NCBI GenBank assembly: GCA_965247115.1
Contig: CBDFGR010000002.1
Location: 1,216,001 to 1,280,000 of the forward strand
Source of the DNA: Myxococcota bacterium
GTDB taxonomy: Bacteria > Myxococcota_A > UBA9160 > SZUA-336
Direction of reading: 5' to 3'
Length of the DNA stretch: 64,000 nt
Each line of letters begins with the position of its first letter. The first letter of the stretch is position 1. A program made the translations under genes and the position numbers. Shown here piece by piece: positions 48,096 through 57,833 of this stretch. The notes under the pieces were generated by a model, which had not been told where the DNA came from, did not search any database, and saw only the letters and a list, made by a program, of their open reading frames with translations.

Positions 48096-48922
48096 TGCTG
48101 GTCGAGCCGGAGGCGCTCGAGCGCCGGCTGGGCGACCCCGACCTGCGCGTGGTCGACGCGACCTGGTACCTGCCGGCGCAAGGGCGGAACGCGGCCGAGG
48201 AGTTCGCTCGCGAGCACCTGCCCGGCGCGATCCACCTGGACCTCTCGACTGACCTGACGGACAGCGAGGCTTCCGTCCGGAACACGATCGCAGCGCCGAA
48301 GGAGCTCGCTCGCAGCTTTGGCATGGCGGGGATCGGGACCGAGCACCATGTCGTGGTGTATGACAGGCTCGGTGGCTTCTCGGCAGGTCGCATCTGGTGG
48401 GCTCTCCGGCTCGCGGGCCACCCGCACACATCACTGCTCAATGGAGGCTTCACGCGCTGGGTCGCGGAAGGCCGGCCGGTGACGGCGGAGCTACGGCGCC
48501 TTCCCGCAGCGCGCTTCCAGGCTGCGCCCCGCCCCGAGCTCCTGGCGAGCAAGAGCGACGTCCTGCGCGTGCTCTCCGCGGGAGAGACCACGATCGTCGA
48601 CGCCCGCCCGCTCGACCGCTTTCAGGGAACCGGGGAGGAGCCGACCCGCTACAAGGGCCACATTCCGAGCTCCGTGTGCATCCCGCACGAGCGCAACCGG
48701 GACACCGACCTAGCGTTCCGCCCCGCGGACGAGCTCCGCGCACTCTACGAGGAGGCGGGAGTGCGCTTCGATCGTCCCGTCATCACCACCTGTGGCTCCG
48801 GCGTCACCGCGTCTCTGAGCGCGTTCGCCCTCACAATGCTGGGCCACACGGACGTACGGCTCTACGATGGCTCCTGGGCGGAGTGGGGGGAGTTGGACGA
48901 CGTGCCCCACGAGAGGTCGTGA
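48095..48922 (+). CDS. sseA: Two-domain rhodanese / 3-mercaptopyruvate sulfurtransferase
   Basis: HLPGA, DAR..RF.G, CGSGVTA, YDGSWAEW. Confidence 0.88.
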   Translation: MLVEPEALERRLGDPDLRVVDATWYLPAQGRNAAEEFAREHLPGAIHLDLSTDLTDSEASVRNTIAAPKELARSFGMAGIGTEHHVVVYDRLGGFSAGRIWWALRLAGHPHTSLLNGGFTRWVAEGRPVTAELRRLPAARFQAAPRPELLASKSDVLRVLSAGETTIVDARPLDRFQGTGEEPTRYKGHIPSSVCIPHERNRDTDLAFRPADELRALYEEAGVRFDRPVITTCGSGVTASLSAFALTMLGHTDVRLYDGSWAEWGELDDVPHERS

Positions 48923-48964
48923 GCCGGCAACCGCGTTGGACGAAGGGATGCGAGAGACCACCCG

Positions 48965-49648
48965 TTGATCCCGATACGCGACGACATTCCGGCCAGCGCG
49001 ATCCCCATCATCAACTACGCGCTGATCGCCCTCTGCACCATCGGATTCGGGACGGAGGTAGCGCTCGGGTCCGGGATCGATCGGCTGATCGAAGCGAACG
49101 GCCTCATCCCGGAGCGCTTCCTCACCCTTGGCGAGCGCTTCGGCTTCCTGCGGCCCGTCCTCTACGTACCGTTTCTGACCTCCATCTTCCTTCACGGGGG
49201 ATACCTGCACTTCCTCCTGAACATGCTCTTCCTGTGGATCTTCGGAGACAACGTGGAAGATCGGATGGGGCATGCTGGCTACACGCTCTTCTTCCTGACT
49301 GGCGGCGCGCTCGCTGGCGCGGCCCACGTGGTGGCGAACCCGGCCTCAGTCGTGCCGACGATCGGTGCGAACGGAGCGATTGCAGCGGTGATGGGCGCCT
49401 ACCTGGTCTTGTACCCGAGGGCCAGGATCGAATCGCTCGTTCTGTTCGGGTTTTCGCTGCGCTGGCTCTCCGTGCCCTCGATCGTGTACCTGATCGCGTG
49501 GCTGGCGTTGCAGCTGCTGCAGGGCAGCCTGTCGCTCGGCGAGGCGCAGACCGGGGGGGTCGCCTGGTGGGCGCACGCGGGAGGCTTCCTGTTCGGTGCC
49601 GCTCTCGTGAGCGTTCTGGGCCTGCGCGCGCCACCGCGCCTGGAATGA
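48965..49648 (+). CDS. Rhomboid-family intramembrane protease (GANG in place of GASG)
   Basis: FLHGG..H..NM..LWIFGDNVED, IGANGAI, VAWWAH.GG. Confidence 0.85.
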   Translation: MIPIRDDIPASAIPIINYALIALCTIGFGTEVALGSGIDRLIEANGLIPERFLTLGERFGFLRPVLYVPFLTSIFLHGGYLHFLLNMLFLWIFGDNVEDRMGHAGYTLFFLTGGALAGAAHVVANPASVVPTIGANGAIAAVMGAYLVLYPRARIESLVLFGFSLRWLSVPSIVYLIAWLALQLLQGSLSLGEAQTGGVAWWAHAGGFLFGAALVSVLGLRAPPRLE

Positions 49649-49723
49649 GAACCCGCTGCGCTCGTCGCGCCAGGGGTCGCCGTACGCTGCAAGCAAGACG
49701 CTGCGTCGCCCCGTAGAGGCGAG

Positions 49724-49751
49724 GCGTCGCGCCCCGAACGGGGCGCGACGC
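49724..49751. terminator. GC-rich hairpin between convergent genes
   Basis: GCGTCGCGCCCCG-AA-CGGGGCGCGACGC perfect inverted repeat; no U tract. Confidence 0.55.
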
Positions 49752-49759
49752 TGTGGCCG

Positions 49760-52267
49760 CTAGTAGGTGAAAGCCACCTCTACGCCAAACCTCCGCGGCG
49801 GTCCAGCGTTCCAGTCGAGATCGTTGCCGAAGACATTGATACCGAAGTTGTGATACGGGTCATTGGTGAGGTTTTTCCCGAAGACCGAGACGCTGTACCG
49901 GTCGTCCGGGGAGAAGTACGTGATCGACGCATCCCAGATGGTATAGCTGTCGACCGGAACCGTGTTCTGGTCGTTCCCCCAGGTACGATCCCGCCAGTAC
50001 ACCGAGGCCTGCAGAGCCAACGTCCCCTCCGCGAGCACGGGAACCGGGAACTCGTACCTTCCGTTCGCGCTCCAGGTCCACTCTGGAACGTAGGCGTAGT
50101 CGAGCTCTCGCCCGACTCCCCCCGGTATGTCAGCCGGAACCCACAGACCACCGGTTCCGCTTCCCTCCCCGGGATTGCTCACGTTGAGGTCCGTTATAAG
50201 CTGGGCGCCTTTGGCGCACGGTCCGATCGGTTGTGTGCTGCACACTCCCGAGAAGCTATCGTACTCCGCGTCGACCCAGCCGACCGTCGAGTTGAGGGTC
50301 AACCCCTCGATCGGCAGCCAGGTGACCTCCCCTTCGACGCCGGCGACGTGCCCCTTGGCCGCGTTCTTCTGATCTTGAACCACCCCGACCAGGATCGTGC
50401 GCTGAATGTCGTCGCCCCGGTTGTAGAAGCCGACCAGGTTCGTGCGCAGCGTGTTGTCCAGCCAGTCGCCCTTGAGACCGAACTCATAGGCGTCGATCCG
50501 CTCTTCGTCATACGGTGAGAGCGGGATCGTGTTACTCGCCCGGAGATTGTAGCCTCCGGCGCGGAAGCTGCGCGTATAGCTACCGTAGACCATAAGATCG
50601 TCGGTCACTTGATAGCGGAGTCCGGCGTGGCGACTCCAGTAGTCCCACGTGTCTTGTTCGGCCCGCAGGCTATCATCGAACCCGGTGACCGTGTTAATCC
50701 CGCGGTCGGACTCGCATTCGGTGAACACCTGGTTGCAGAGCGAATTCCCGAGAATTGACGGCCACACTTTGGCCACCTTCTCCTCCCAGGTCCAGCGCGT
50801 ACCAAGGGTCATGGTCAGCCGGTCGGTCAGCTGGTAGTCACCTTGGATAAACCACGCCCACGACTGGTGATCCAGTTGACCGCGGGAGGCCCCGAAGGCC
50901 CCCCCCAACGGGAAGGAATCAGAGGGTTCTCCAACGGTGCCAAAACCGAAGGTGCAATCCGCCGGCGGCGGATCGTCCCCGCAAGCGGGGTCGGGTTGGC
51001 CGGTACCAATTAAGATGCGTCGGTTCTCTCGGTAATCGAGATCCTGCTTGAAGTAATACACACCCGTGGTGAAGTCCAGGTTCTCTCCGACCTGCGTGGC
51101 ATAGCGGAGCTCGCTACTGACCTGCCACTGGTAAGTATCCGTCGGCCGACGTCCACTCACTCCCGTCGATCCCGTGACACCTCCCTGGAAACCGTCAATC
51201 GGCAGGCCATCGACATCGTAGGTGTTATTGACTTTCACATCGCGCCAGCCGGTGATGGATGTCAGAGTGCCAGGGCCGACGTCCCAGGTCCCCTCCACCG
51301 TCCCGCGCTGGACTTTGAAGCCCTGGTCGCCCCGGAAGTCGATCGAGAGGTCGAAGTTCGAGGTACCCACCGTATTGCCCGCAGATCCAAGGCAGCGGGT
51401 CGGGCTCGTACAGTTGTGTTGGCGTACGAAGTTGCCGTCGGAATCGTGTTGGATCACTTCATAAAGGGCCTCGATATGGATGTCTTCGGTCGGCGACCAG
51501 GAGAGCATGGGACGGACCGTCCAGCTCTTGCTGTGGCCTTGCTCTCCCCCCTGTGCCGGCGTGTCGAAGATACCGTCCCGGTCCTTGCTGAGGAGGTCGA
51601 GCTTAAACGCCAGATCCTCGGTGATGGGTCCCTCAACGGATAGAGCGCCATCCTTTCGCGAGTAGCTCCCGAGCGTAAACCGTCCCCGGACGCCGAACTC
51701 ACCCGAGGGCCGCCTGGTGCGGGCGTTGAGGGCGCCTCCGGTCACGTTGCGGCCGAACAGGGTCCCCTGCGGGCCGCGCAGGATCTCCACCATCTCGATC
51801 TCGAACAGGTCGTGGATGGCCGCGACGTTCATGCCCGCGTAGATGCCGTCCACGAAGATCCCGACGAGTGGCTCGTCCGAGGTGATGCTCGAGAACATGG
51901 CATTCCCTCGGATGGAGAAGTTCGACGTTCCCGCGGACGTCCCGACGTTGGACAGCTGCACGTTCGGAGCGCTTCGACTGATGTCTTCGAAGTCCTCGAC
52001 GAAGTTCTGCTCGAGAAAGTTCCCAGTGAACGCGCTCACCGAGATCGGAACTTCCTGCAGGGCTTCCACCCCCGCCTTCTTGCGGCCAGTGACCGTGATC
52101 TCCTCCAGGCCTCTTGGGAGGCCGCGCGCCTGTGGCTCCTCAGTTGCGACCGCCGCTGGGGCAGCCCCTTCTCCTTCGGCCTCGTCCGCTATTGCGTTCA
52201 TCGCTGGCAGCGCCAGCAAACCGACGATCGCCCAAACGAAGGCGAGCTTCTTCGAGTGCTCAAGCAT
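49760..52267 (-). CDS. TonB-dependent receptor
   Basis: LEEITVTGRK, EILRGPQGTLFGRN, PRRFGVEVAFTY; AAGGAG RBS before ATG at 52267. Confidence 0.92.
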   Translation of the reverse strand: MLEHSKKLAFVWAIVGLLALPAMNAIADEAEGEGAAPAAVATEEPQARGLPRGLEEITVTGRKKAGVEALQEVPISVSAFTGNFLEQNFVEDFEDISRSAPNVQLSNVGTSAGTSNFSIRGNAMFSSITSDEPLVGIFVDGIYAGMNVAAIHDLFEIEMVEILRGPQGTLFGRNVTGGALNARTRRPSGEFGVRGRFTLGSYSRKDGALSVEGPITEDLAFKLDLLSKDRDGIFDTPAQGGEQGHSKSWTVRPMLSWSPTEDIHIEALYEVIQHDSDGNFVRQHNCTSPTRCLGSAGNTVGTSNFDLSIDFRGDQGFKVQRGTVEGTWDVGPGTLTSITGWRDVKVNNTYDVDGLPIDGFQGGVTGSTGVSGRRPTDTYQWQVSSELRYATQVGENLDFTTGVYYFKQDLDYRENRRILIGTGQPDPACGDDPPPADCTFGFGTVGEPSDSFPLGGAFGASRGQLDHQSWAWFIQGDYQLTDRLTMTLGTRWTWEEKVAKVWPSILGNSLCNQVFTECESDRGINTVTGFDDSLRAEQDTWDYWSRHAGLRYQVTDDLMVYGSYTRSFRAGGYNLRASNTIPLSPYDEERIDAYEFGLKGDWLDNTLRTNLVGFYNRGDDIQRTILVGVVQDQKNAAKGHVAGVEGEVTWLPIEGLTLNSTVGWVDAEYDSFSGVCSTQPIGPCAKGAQLITDLNVSNPGEGSGTGGLWVPADIPGGVGRELDYAYVPEWTWSANGRYEFPVPVLAEGTLALQASVYWRDRTWGNDQNTVPVDSYTIWDASITYFSPDDRYSVSVFGKNLTNDPYHNFGINVFGNDLDWNAGPPRRFGVEVAFTY

Positions 52268-52388
52268 CTTTGGGTCTCCTTCCAAGTACTTCCTGGCTAG
52301 GAATTTTACTAGGAAAAAGAGCCTGAGGATACCACCAAATTCTCTTCGAAAACGGGAGAAAATACTCGCAGCCTGCCCCATGTCGGGC

Positions 52389-53738
52389 CTATTCCAGGGA
52401 CAGGATCTCGCCTTCCAGATCCGGGGCGCGGACTCCGGTCAGGGTGGCCTCGACCAGATCGCCGACCCGGGCGGTGCCCTTCAGGAGGACCATGCCGTCC
52501 ACCTCGGGGGCTTGGGACCAGAGGCGGCCGGTCGAGCTGCTGTTCGTGCTGCTCTCCACCAGGACGCGGACTCGGCGTCCCACCTGCGCGTCCAGGGCCG
52601 CGCGCATGTGGGATTTCTGCAGGTCCATCAGGTGGCGGTGTCGCTCCCGCGCGACGCGGGCGGGCACCTTTTCCGGCAGCGTCTGCGCGCGCGTGTCTTC
52701 TTCGTCGGAGTAGCGGAAGACGCCCAGCCGATCGAAGCGGGCCTCGCGGACGAAGTCGCACAGAAGCTCGAAGTCGGCGTCCGTCTCGCCGGGGAAGCCG
52801 ACGATGAAGGTGGTGCGCAGGACCGCGTTCGGGATGCGCTCGCGCAGTTTCGCGACCAGACGTCGCTGGCGCTCGGCGGTGATTCCACGCCGCATCGCCT
52901 TCAGGATCCGATCGCTCGCGTGCTGGAGGGGCACGTCGATGTACGGCAAGAGGTGGGTTCCGCCAGCGAGCACCTCGATCAGCTCGTCGGATATCGCCGT
53001 CGGATAAAGATACAGGAGACGCACCCAGTCGAGCGACTCGACGGCGTCTAACGCTCGCGCGAGCGCCGGGATTCTGGGACGATCCGGAAGGTCCTTCCCC
53101 CAGGAGCAGGTGTCTTGTGACACGACGTTGATCTCGCGCACACCCTCGCTGCCCAGCGCCGTAGCCTCCGCCACGATGGAGTCGAGCGAACGGCTCTGGA
53201 AGCGGCCGCGAATTCCGGGAATGGCGCAGAAGGCGCAGATCCGATCACAGCCCTCCGCGATCTTGACGTAGGCGCTGTGCCGGGGGCCGATCAGCAGCCG
53301 CGGGCTGTTTTCGTCGTAGAGGTGGGTGCGGCCGGCATCCACGTATACGCCTCTCTCGCCGCCTCCGAGCGCCCGGTCCAGGATGCTCACGATGTCCGGA
53401 AAGTCCCCGGTCCCCACGAACGCGTCCACCTCGGGGAGCTCCTTCGCCAGCTCCTGGCCGTAGCGCTGAGGCAGGCAACCTGCGACGACCAGCGCTCTGA
53501 GACGACCTCCTTGCTTCAGCTCGGCGAGCTCCAGGATCGTATCGATCGACTCCTCCCTGGCCGGCTGGATGAACGAGCAGGTGTTGACCACCGCCACGTC
53601 CGCATCGTCGAGCTCCTCTGCGATGAGGTAGCCTCCGAGGGCGAGCGAGCCGAGCATGACCTCGCTGTCCACCTGGTTCTTGGCGCAGCCGAGGCTGCGA
53701 AAGTGGACTCGGGGTCTTGTCTCCAGCGGATGCGTCAC
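52389..53738 (-). CDS. rimO: Ribosomal protein S12 methylthiotransferase
   Basis: LGCAKNQVDSE, NTCSFI, CDRICAFC, RTTFIVGFPGE, APEVDG. Confidence 0.95.
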   Translation of the reverse strand: MTHPLETRPRVHFRSLGCAKNQVDSEVMLGSLALGGYLIAEELDDADVAVVNTCSFIQPAREESIDTILELAELKQGGRLRALVVAGCLPQRYGQELAKELPEVDAFVGTGDFPDIVSILDRALGGGERGVYVDAGRTHLYDENSPRLLIGPRHSAYVKIAEGCDRICAFCAIPGIRGRFQSRSLDSIVAEATALGSEGVREINVVSQDTCSWGKDLPDRPRIPALARALDAVESLDWVRLLYLYPTAISDELIEVLAGGTHLLPYIDVPLQHASDRILKAMRRGITAERQRRLVAKLRERIPNAVLRTTFIVGFPGETDADFELLCDFVREARFDRLGVFRYSDEEDTRAQTLPEKVPARVARERHRHLMDLQKSHMRAALDAQVGRRVRVLVESSTNSSSTGRLWSQAPEVDGMVLLKGTARVGDLVEATLTGVRAPDLEGEILSLE

Positions 53739-53779
53739 GCGTGGAGAGTACCCCGTGCAAGTTGGACAGGCGAGGCCAC

Positions 53780-54283
53780 ATGGTAATCTCTCGCACGATG
53801 CGAATCGGCGTGCTCGGCTGTACTCATGACAAGCTCGCGAACGTCGCGAAGATCGTCGACCTGTTCAACGCCGCGAACGTGGAGCGGGTCGTGCATACCG
53901 GAGACATCACCACTGCACGCACGCTCGAGCTGCTGGCGGGAATCCGCGCGCCTCTCTACGGGGTGTACGGAAACAACGACGTCGAGCGGGATACTCTCGA
54001 ACACAGCGCTATGCGCTTCGGCATGCACCTGGCTGACCCCCCGCTGCGCCTGTCGTGGTTCGAGCGAGAGCTCTCCGTGGTACACGATCCTGCGACAATC
54101 ACGGCTGCCCTACGGGAGGGAAGCGATGTCGTGCTGCAGGGTCACACACACCGCCGGCTGATCGAGCGCGAGAACGGGCGTCTCTGTTTCAACCCTGGCG
54201 AGTGCGCAGGCACGCTCGAGGGCCACAACACGGTCGGAGTCGTCGACCTCGCGGACCTCACGATCGAGCTCCTACACTTCTGA
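53780..54283 (+). CDS. YfcE-family metallophosphoesterase
   Basis: HTGD, GNND, GHTH, NPGE. Confidence 0.85.
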   Translation: MVISRTMRIGVLGCTHDKLANVAKIVDLFNAANVERVVHTGDITTARTLELLAGIRAPLYGVYGNNDVERDTLEHSAMRFGMHLADPPLRLSWFERELSVVHDPATITAALREGSDVVLQGHTHRRLIERENGRLCFNPGECAGTLEGHNTVGVVDLADLTIELLHF

Positions 54284-54285
54284 GC

Positions 54286-54915
54286 GTGGTGGGAGAGCTG
54301 CTCGAGATCGCGGACCGCATGCGAGCACTCGCCACGACCGGCCTCCACTACGCGGAGACCGAATTTGATCGCGAGCGCTATCAAAAGCTGATGGGGCTCG
54401 CGGCTCGCCTGGCCGCACTCGGGGAGGGCAGCGATCCCGAGCAGGTCGAGCGGATCTACCGCAGGGTCGACGACGGCTACGTCACGCCGAAGCTCGACGT
54501 GCGCATGGCCATCTTTCGCGGAGATACGATCCTGCTGGTCCGCGAGCGCGCCGACGGGTGCTGGGCGATGCCGGGCGGCTATGTCGACGTGGGAGACAGC
54601 CCGTCGGAGGCCGCGGTCCGGGAGACCGCCGAAGAGGCGGGCCTGGACGTGCTCGTTCGTGGCCTGGTGGGCGTATTTGACGGTCGGCTGCAACCGGATG
54701 CCCCGGCCCACCTGTTCCACATCCACAAGCTCGTCTTCACTGGCGAGTCCAGGGACCCGGACGCCAGACCGGCGGCGGGGCACGAAACCACCGATGCTCA
54801 GTTCTGCCCGCTCGACGCACTGCCTGAGCTCTCGCTAGGCCGCACACTTCCACTCCATATCCGCGAGGCAAAGCGGGTGGCGGAGGATCCCTCGGAGTTG
54901 CCCTATTTCGACTGA
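54286..54915 (+). CDS. NUDIX hydrolase with N-terminal Nudix_N domain
   Basis: GL.Y..FDRERY, YVTPKLDVR, PGGYVDVGDSPSEAAVRETAEEAG. Confidence 0.88.
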   Translation: MVGELLEIADRMRALATTGLHYAETEFDRERYQKLMGLAARLAALGEGSDPEQVERIYRRVDDGYVTPKLDVRMAIFRGDTILLVRERADGCWAMPGGYVDVGDSPSEAAVRETAEEAGLDVLVRGLVGVFDGRLQPDAPAHLFHIHKLVFTGESRDPDARPAAGHETTDAQFCPLDALPELSLGRTLPLHIREAKRVAEDPSELPYFD

Positions 54916-55031
54916 TCCGAGCGATCGCCTGCACCCGCCGAGTACGCCGCTCACACGCGCAAACGCGCGACGTCCTGACGAAGAGAGCGCCTCGTTTTCA
55001 ACGCCCTTGTTGAGCGCGCGATAGAGCCTCT

Positions 55032-56537
55032 CTACCCTCGCTGCCGAATGAGGAGCGAAGACCCCGCAGTCCTCTCGGCGCACGTCCTGGTGGTCGAGGA
55101 CGAGGCGCTCAGCCGTCGCTCGGTCGAACGGGCCCTGAAGGGGATGGGCTGCGCCACCTCGGCAGTCGGCAACGCGAGCGAGGCGCTCGAGGTCGTTGCT
55201 GGCGGAGGCATCGATGTCGTCCTCGCCGACCTCAAGCTGCCGGGGATGGACGGACTGGAGCTGATCCGCCGCATCGTCGGACCCTCCGCGGCACCCAGAG
55301 GGCGGGGCTTGTGATCCCCTTTTAATTCCATTACTTGCGAACTTCCCGCCCGATTCTCTTGAGCGGCAGCAGGGGAGAGGGGCCGTATAGGGCCGTCCAG
55401 GGCCGCCGAGAGCGCATTCTCGAAGCCCCGGCTCTCGCTAGGCATGAAGTGGCCGTAGGTGTCCAAGAGCAGCTTGGCCGTGCTCCATCCGCCCTGCTCC
55501 TGAATCCACTTGAGCGGCGTACCCCGCGCCATGTGGAGGCTGGCCCAGGTGTGCCGGAGATCATGGGGCGTGGCGCGCCGTCCGGGTCCCAGGGCTTCCC
55601 GGACGATCCGGGGGAACGCTTTCTGCCCGAAGAGCTTCCACGAGAGAAACCCGCCGGTGGCCCCAGTGAACACCAAGTGCTCGGGTCCGACCGGGAAGAC
55701 CGGCGGCCTTTCCGTAAGCAACACCCCCTGCAAGCGCGTGGAAAGAGCCACAATTCGTTCTCGCTTCGTCTTGGTCGGCCCGAGATTCCGGCCGCTGGAG
55801 AGACTCCGGCAGATTCGGGCCCAGCCCGCCTCCACGTCCACATCAACCCAGCGCAGGGCGGCCGCCTCCCCGAGGCGGCACCCCGTCTCCGCCAGGAACA
55901 GCACGAGCGGATAGAACCGCGGATACAGACCGCGCGCCGCGTCCAGCACGCGCTCCCGCCCTTCCCAGCTCAGCACGCGCTCCCGCGCCACGGGCCTGGT
56001 GGATGTGCCGCGGCCCTTGGGCCTGCGGGCCTTCCAGTCGGCGACGGCATTGCTCGCGACCCAATCGCGCTGCTGGGCGAATGAAAGCACGAGCCCCAGC
56101 ACCATCAGCAGCATCTTGATCGACCGAGCGCTCCGGGGCCGCCCGCTGTCGACACAGTGATCATAGAGAGCCTGGACCTTCACCGCGCCGATCGACCGCG
56201 CGTCCTGGTCGCCAAAGTACGGAATCAGATGGACCTCGATGTCGTTGCGGTAGCGCGCGGCCGTGCCCGGCGCGAGATGGCCCTGATGACCGCGCTCGAG
56301 GGGCAGCTCGACCTCCAACCGCAGCCACTCCCGAGCCGCCTCGCGAAACGGCACCGGAGTGGAGCCGCCGGATTTCGCCTCCAGCCCCAACGCGAGCCGG
56401 TGGTTGATCTCCTCCGCCACCTTTCCCGCGCGGCGCTTATCCGCAGCCGTCTTGCCGAAGCGCTTCTTCGTGCGCTTGCCCTGGTGGTGGACTACGACCC
56501 ACCACGCGCTGTTGATCTGCCGAACCTTGGCGGACAT
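55032..56537 (-). CDS. Phage-type tyrosine integrase (C-terminus reads across the junction into antisense of the host gene)
   Basis: TGCRLGEA, TKTK, HDLRH, QGGWS and DTYGH catalytic set. Confidence 0.9.
   Translation of the reverse strand: MSAKVRQINSAWWVVVHHQGKRTKKRFGKTAADKRRAGKVAEEINHRLALGLEAKSGGSTPVPFREAAREWLRLEVELPLERGHQGHLAPGTAARYRNDIEVHLIPYFGDQDARSIGAVKVQALYDHCVDSGRPRSARSIKMLLMVLGLVLSFAQQRDWVASNAVADWKARRPKGRGTSTRPVARERVLSWEGRERVLDAARGLYPRFYPLVLFLAETGCRLGEAAALRWVDVDVEAGWARICRSLSSGRNLGPTKTKRERIVALSTRLQGVLLTERPPVFPVGPEHLVFTGATGGFLSWKLFGQKAFPRIVREALGPGRRATPHDLRHTWASLHMARGTPLKWIQEQGGWSTAKLLLDTYGHFMPSESRGFENALSAALDGPIRPLSPAAAQENRAGSSQVMELKGDHKPRPLGAAEGPTMRRISSSPSIPGSLRSARTTSMPPPATTSSASLALPTAEVAQPIPFRARSTERRLSASSSTTRTCAERTAGSSLLIRQRG
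55048..55314 (+). pseudogene. Truncated response-regulator receiver domain
   Basis: VLVVEDE..DVVLADLKLPGMDGLELIRRI then unrelated sequence and stop; lacks the conserved Thr/Ser and Lys-Pro. Confidence 0.8.
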
Positions 56538-56731
56538 TACTTCAGCCTTCCCCTTCCACTGCTCTCACGATGGCCTCAAGCACAACACGATTCGTCATCG
56601 AGGATCGAGTAGTAGATCACAATCGGATCGGCTTCCCGGACCGCGTCTGTAGTAGGCCACGCCCAAATCGCCGGGTTTAGAGGCGCGGCAAGAACCGTGG
56701 CAGTTTTCGTGCCATCTTCGCATCGGGCCCC

Positions 56732-56986
56732 TCAATCTCCAAGCGCCTCCAGCATACTCCCCGCGTCCCGCTCGGTGTCCCGAGTCTGCTCTCGAGCCCG
56801 CTCCGCCGCCCAGCGCCGGACCGCGTCCACCGGGATGAGCGTGCGGTGGCCGAGCGAGAAATGGGGGATCTGCGAGAGATGATCCCGGAGATGGCGCTCA
56901 CTGACCCCGAGCGCCTGCGCCGCCTCCCTGAGCCCGAGGGCAACCCGGTTGGCGAGGTCGAGCGTGGGAGCCGATTCGCTCTTCAT
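56732..56986 (-). CDS. Excisionase-like HTH protein
   Basis: LGLREAAQALGVSERHL..IPHFSLGHRTLIPVDAVRRW; upstream of the integrase. Confidence 0.8.
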   Translation of the reverse strand: MKSESAPTLDLANRVALGLREAAQALGVSERHLRDHLSQIPHFSLGHRTLIPVDAVRRWAAERAREQTRDTERDAGSMLEALGD

Positions 56987-57360
56987 GCGGCGTCCTCCTC
57001 CACCCGCACAACGACATGCTGCATCGCGCGCCGCGGCGCCTTGCGCCAGTGGTAGTCGGGATGCCCGCCCACGAAGTTTCGGGGCTTGTCGTCTTCGAGC
57101 ACGCGGGCGGCGACCAGGCCGTCCAAGAGCGGCTTGAAGCTGTGCACGAGGTTGTCGTAGTCGGGTTCTTGCATCGAGACCCGGATGCACGTGACGCCAG
57201 CATGAGAGAGCGGCGCGGAAGGCGCGCGCGTCGCGAAGCGCCAGTGCACCGCCTGCTTCCAGACGCGGTCCTCGCGATGGACCTGCGCCCAGTGCGCCCG
57301 GCGGCGATGAGACTGGAGCGGTGGTAGGCCGTGGAAGATGGCCTCGGCTCGGTAGCTCAT
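56983..57360 (-). CDS. RusA-like Holliday-junction resolvase
   Basis: PDYDNL...FKPLLDGL..ARVLEDD acidic pattern. Confidence 0.7.
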   Translation of the reverse strand: MSYRAEAIFHGLPPLQSHRRRAHWAQVHREDRVWKQAVHWRFATRAPSAPLSHAGVTCIRVSMQEPDYDNLVHSFKPLLDGLVAARVLEDDKPRNFVGGHPDYHWRKAPRRAMQHVVVRVEEDAA

Positions 57361-57368
57361 TCGGAGAC

Positions 57369-57590
57369 TCACCTGCCCTCGACCGTGACGCGCAGCTTCG
57401 CCTGGATCCGGTCGCACGCTTCTTCGCTGCGCGCGAGGTTCTTGTATGCATACCGCTGCACCGAAAGCAGGTCGGCGTGTTTGCCGTAGTTGGAGATCAG
57501 CCAATTCACCCGGTTCACCCCCGCCTGCGCGAGGCGCACATCGCGCTCCGCTGCCTTGACCTCCTCCTCTTCGCTGGGCCGCGACATCAC
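57369..57590 (-). CDS. Small phage-like hypothetical protein
   Basis: 73-aa ORF in a closely packed minus-strand run with GGAG RBS. Confidence 0.5.
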   Translation of the reverse strand: MMSRPSEEEEVKAAERDVRLAQAGVNRVNWLISNYGKHADLLSVQRYAYKNLARSEEACDRIQAKLRVTVEGR

Positions 57591-57629
57591 GTCGCTCCGC
57601 TGGTCATCGGCATGAGATTTCCTCCTCCT

Positions 57630-57833
57630 TCATCGGTCCGCCCGTCGCATCCGCGCAGCGCGCGGATCCAACGCGAACAGCCCCACCGCTCCCAGCGCGT
57701 ACTCCCAGCCCTTCACGATCAAGACCTCCTTCATCAGGCTCTCGTTCTCGTCGGTCCGGAGCGACACCACCAGATCCGCCTTGTGATCCCCGAAGCGCCC
57801 CTTGGTGCGGCCTTCCTTGTTCAGCTCTGGCAT
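57630..57833 (-). CDS. Small phage-like hypothetical protein (possibly 5'-truncated)
   Basis: 67-aa ORF at the start of the same run. Confidence 0.4.
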   Translation of the reverse strand: MPELNKEGRTKGRFGDHKADLVVSLRTDENESLMKEVLIVKGWEYALGAVGLFALDPRAARMRRADR

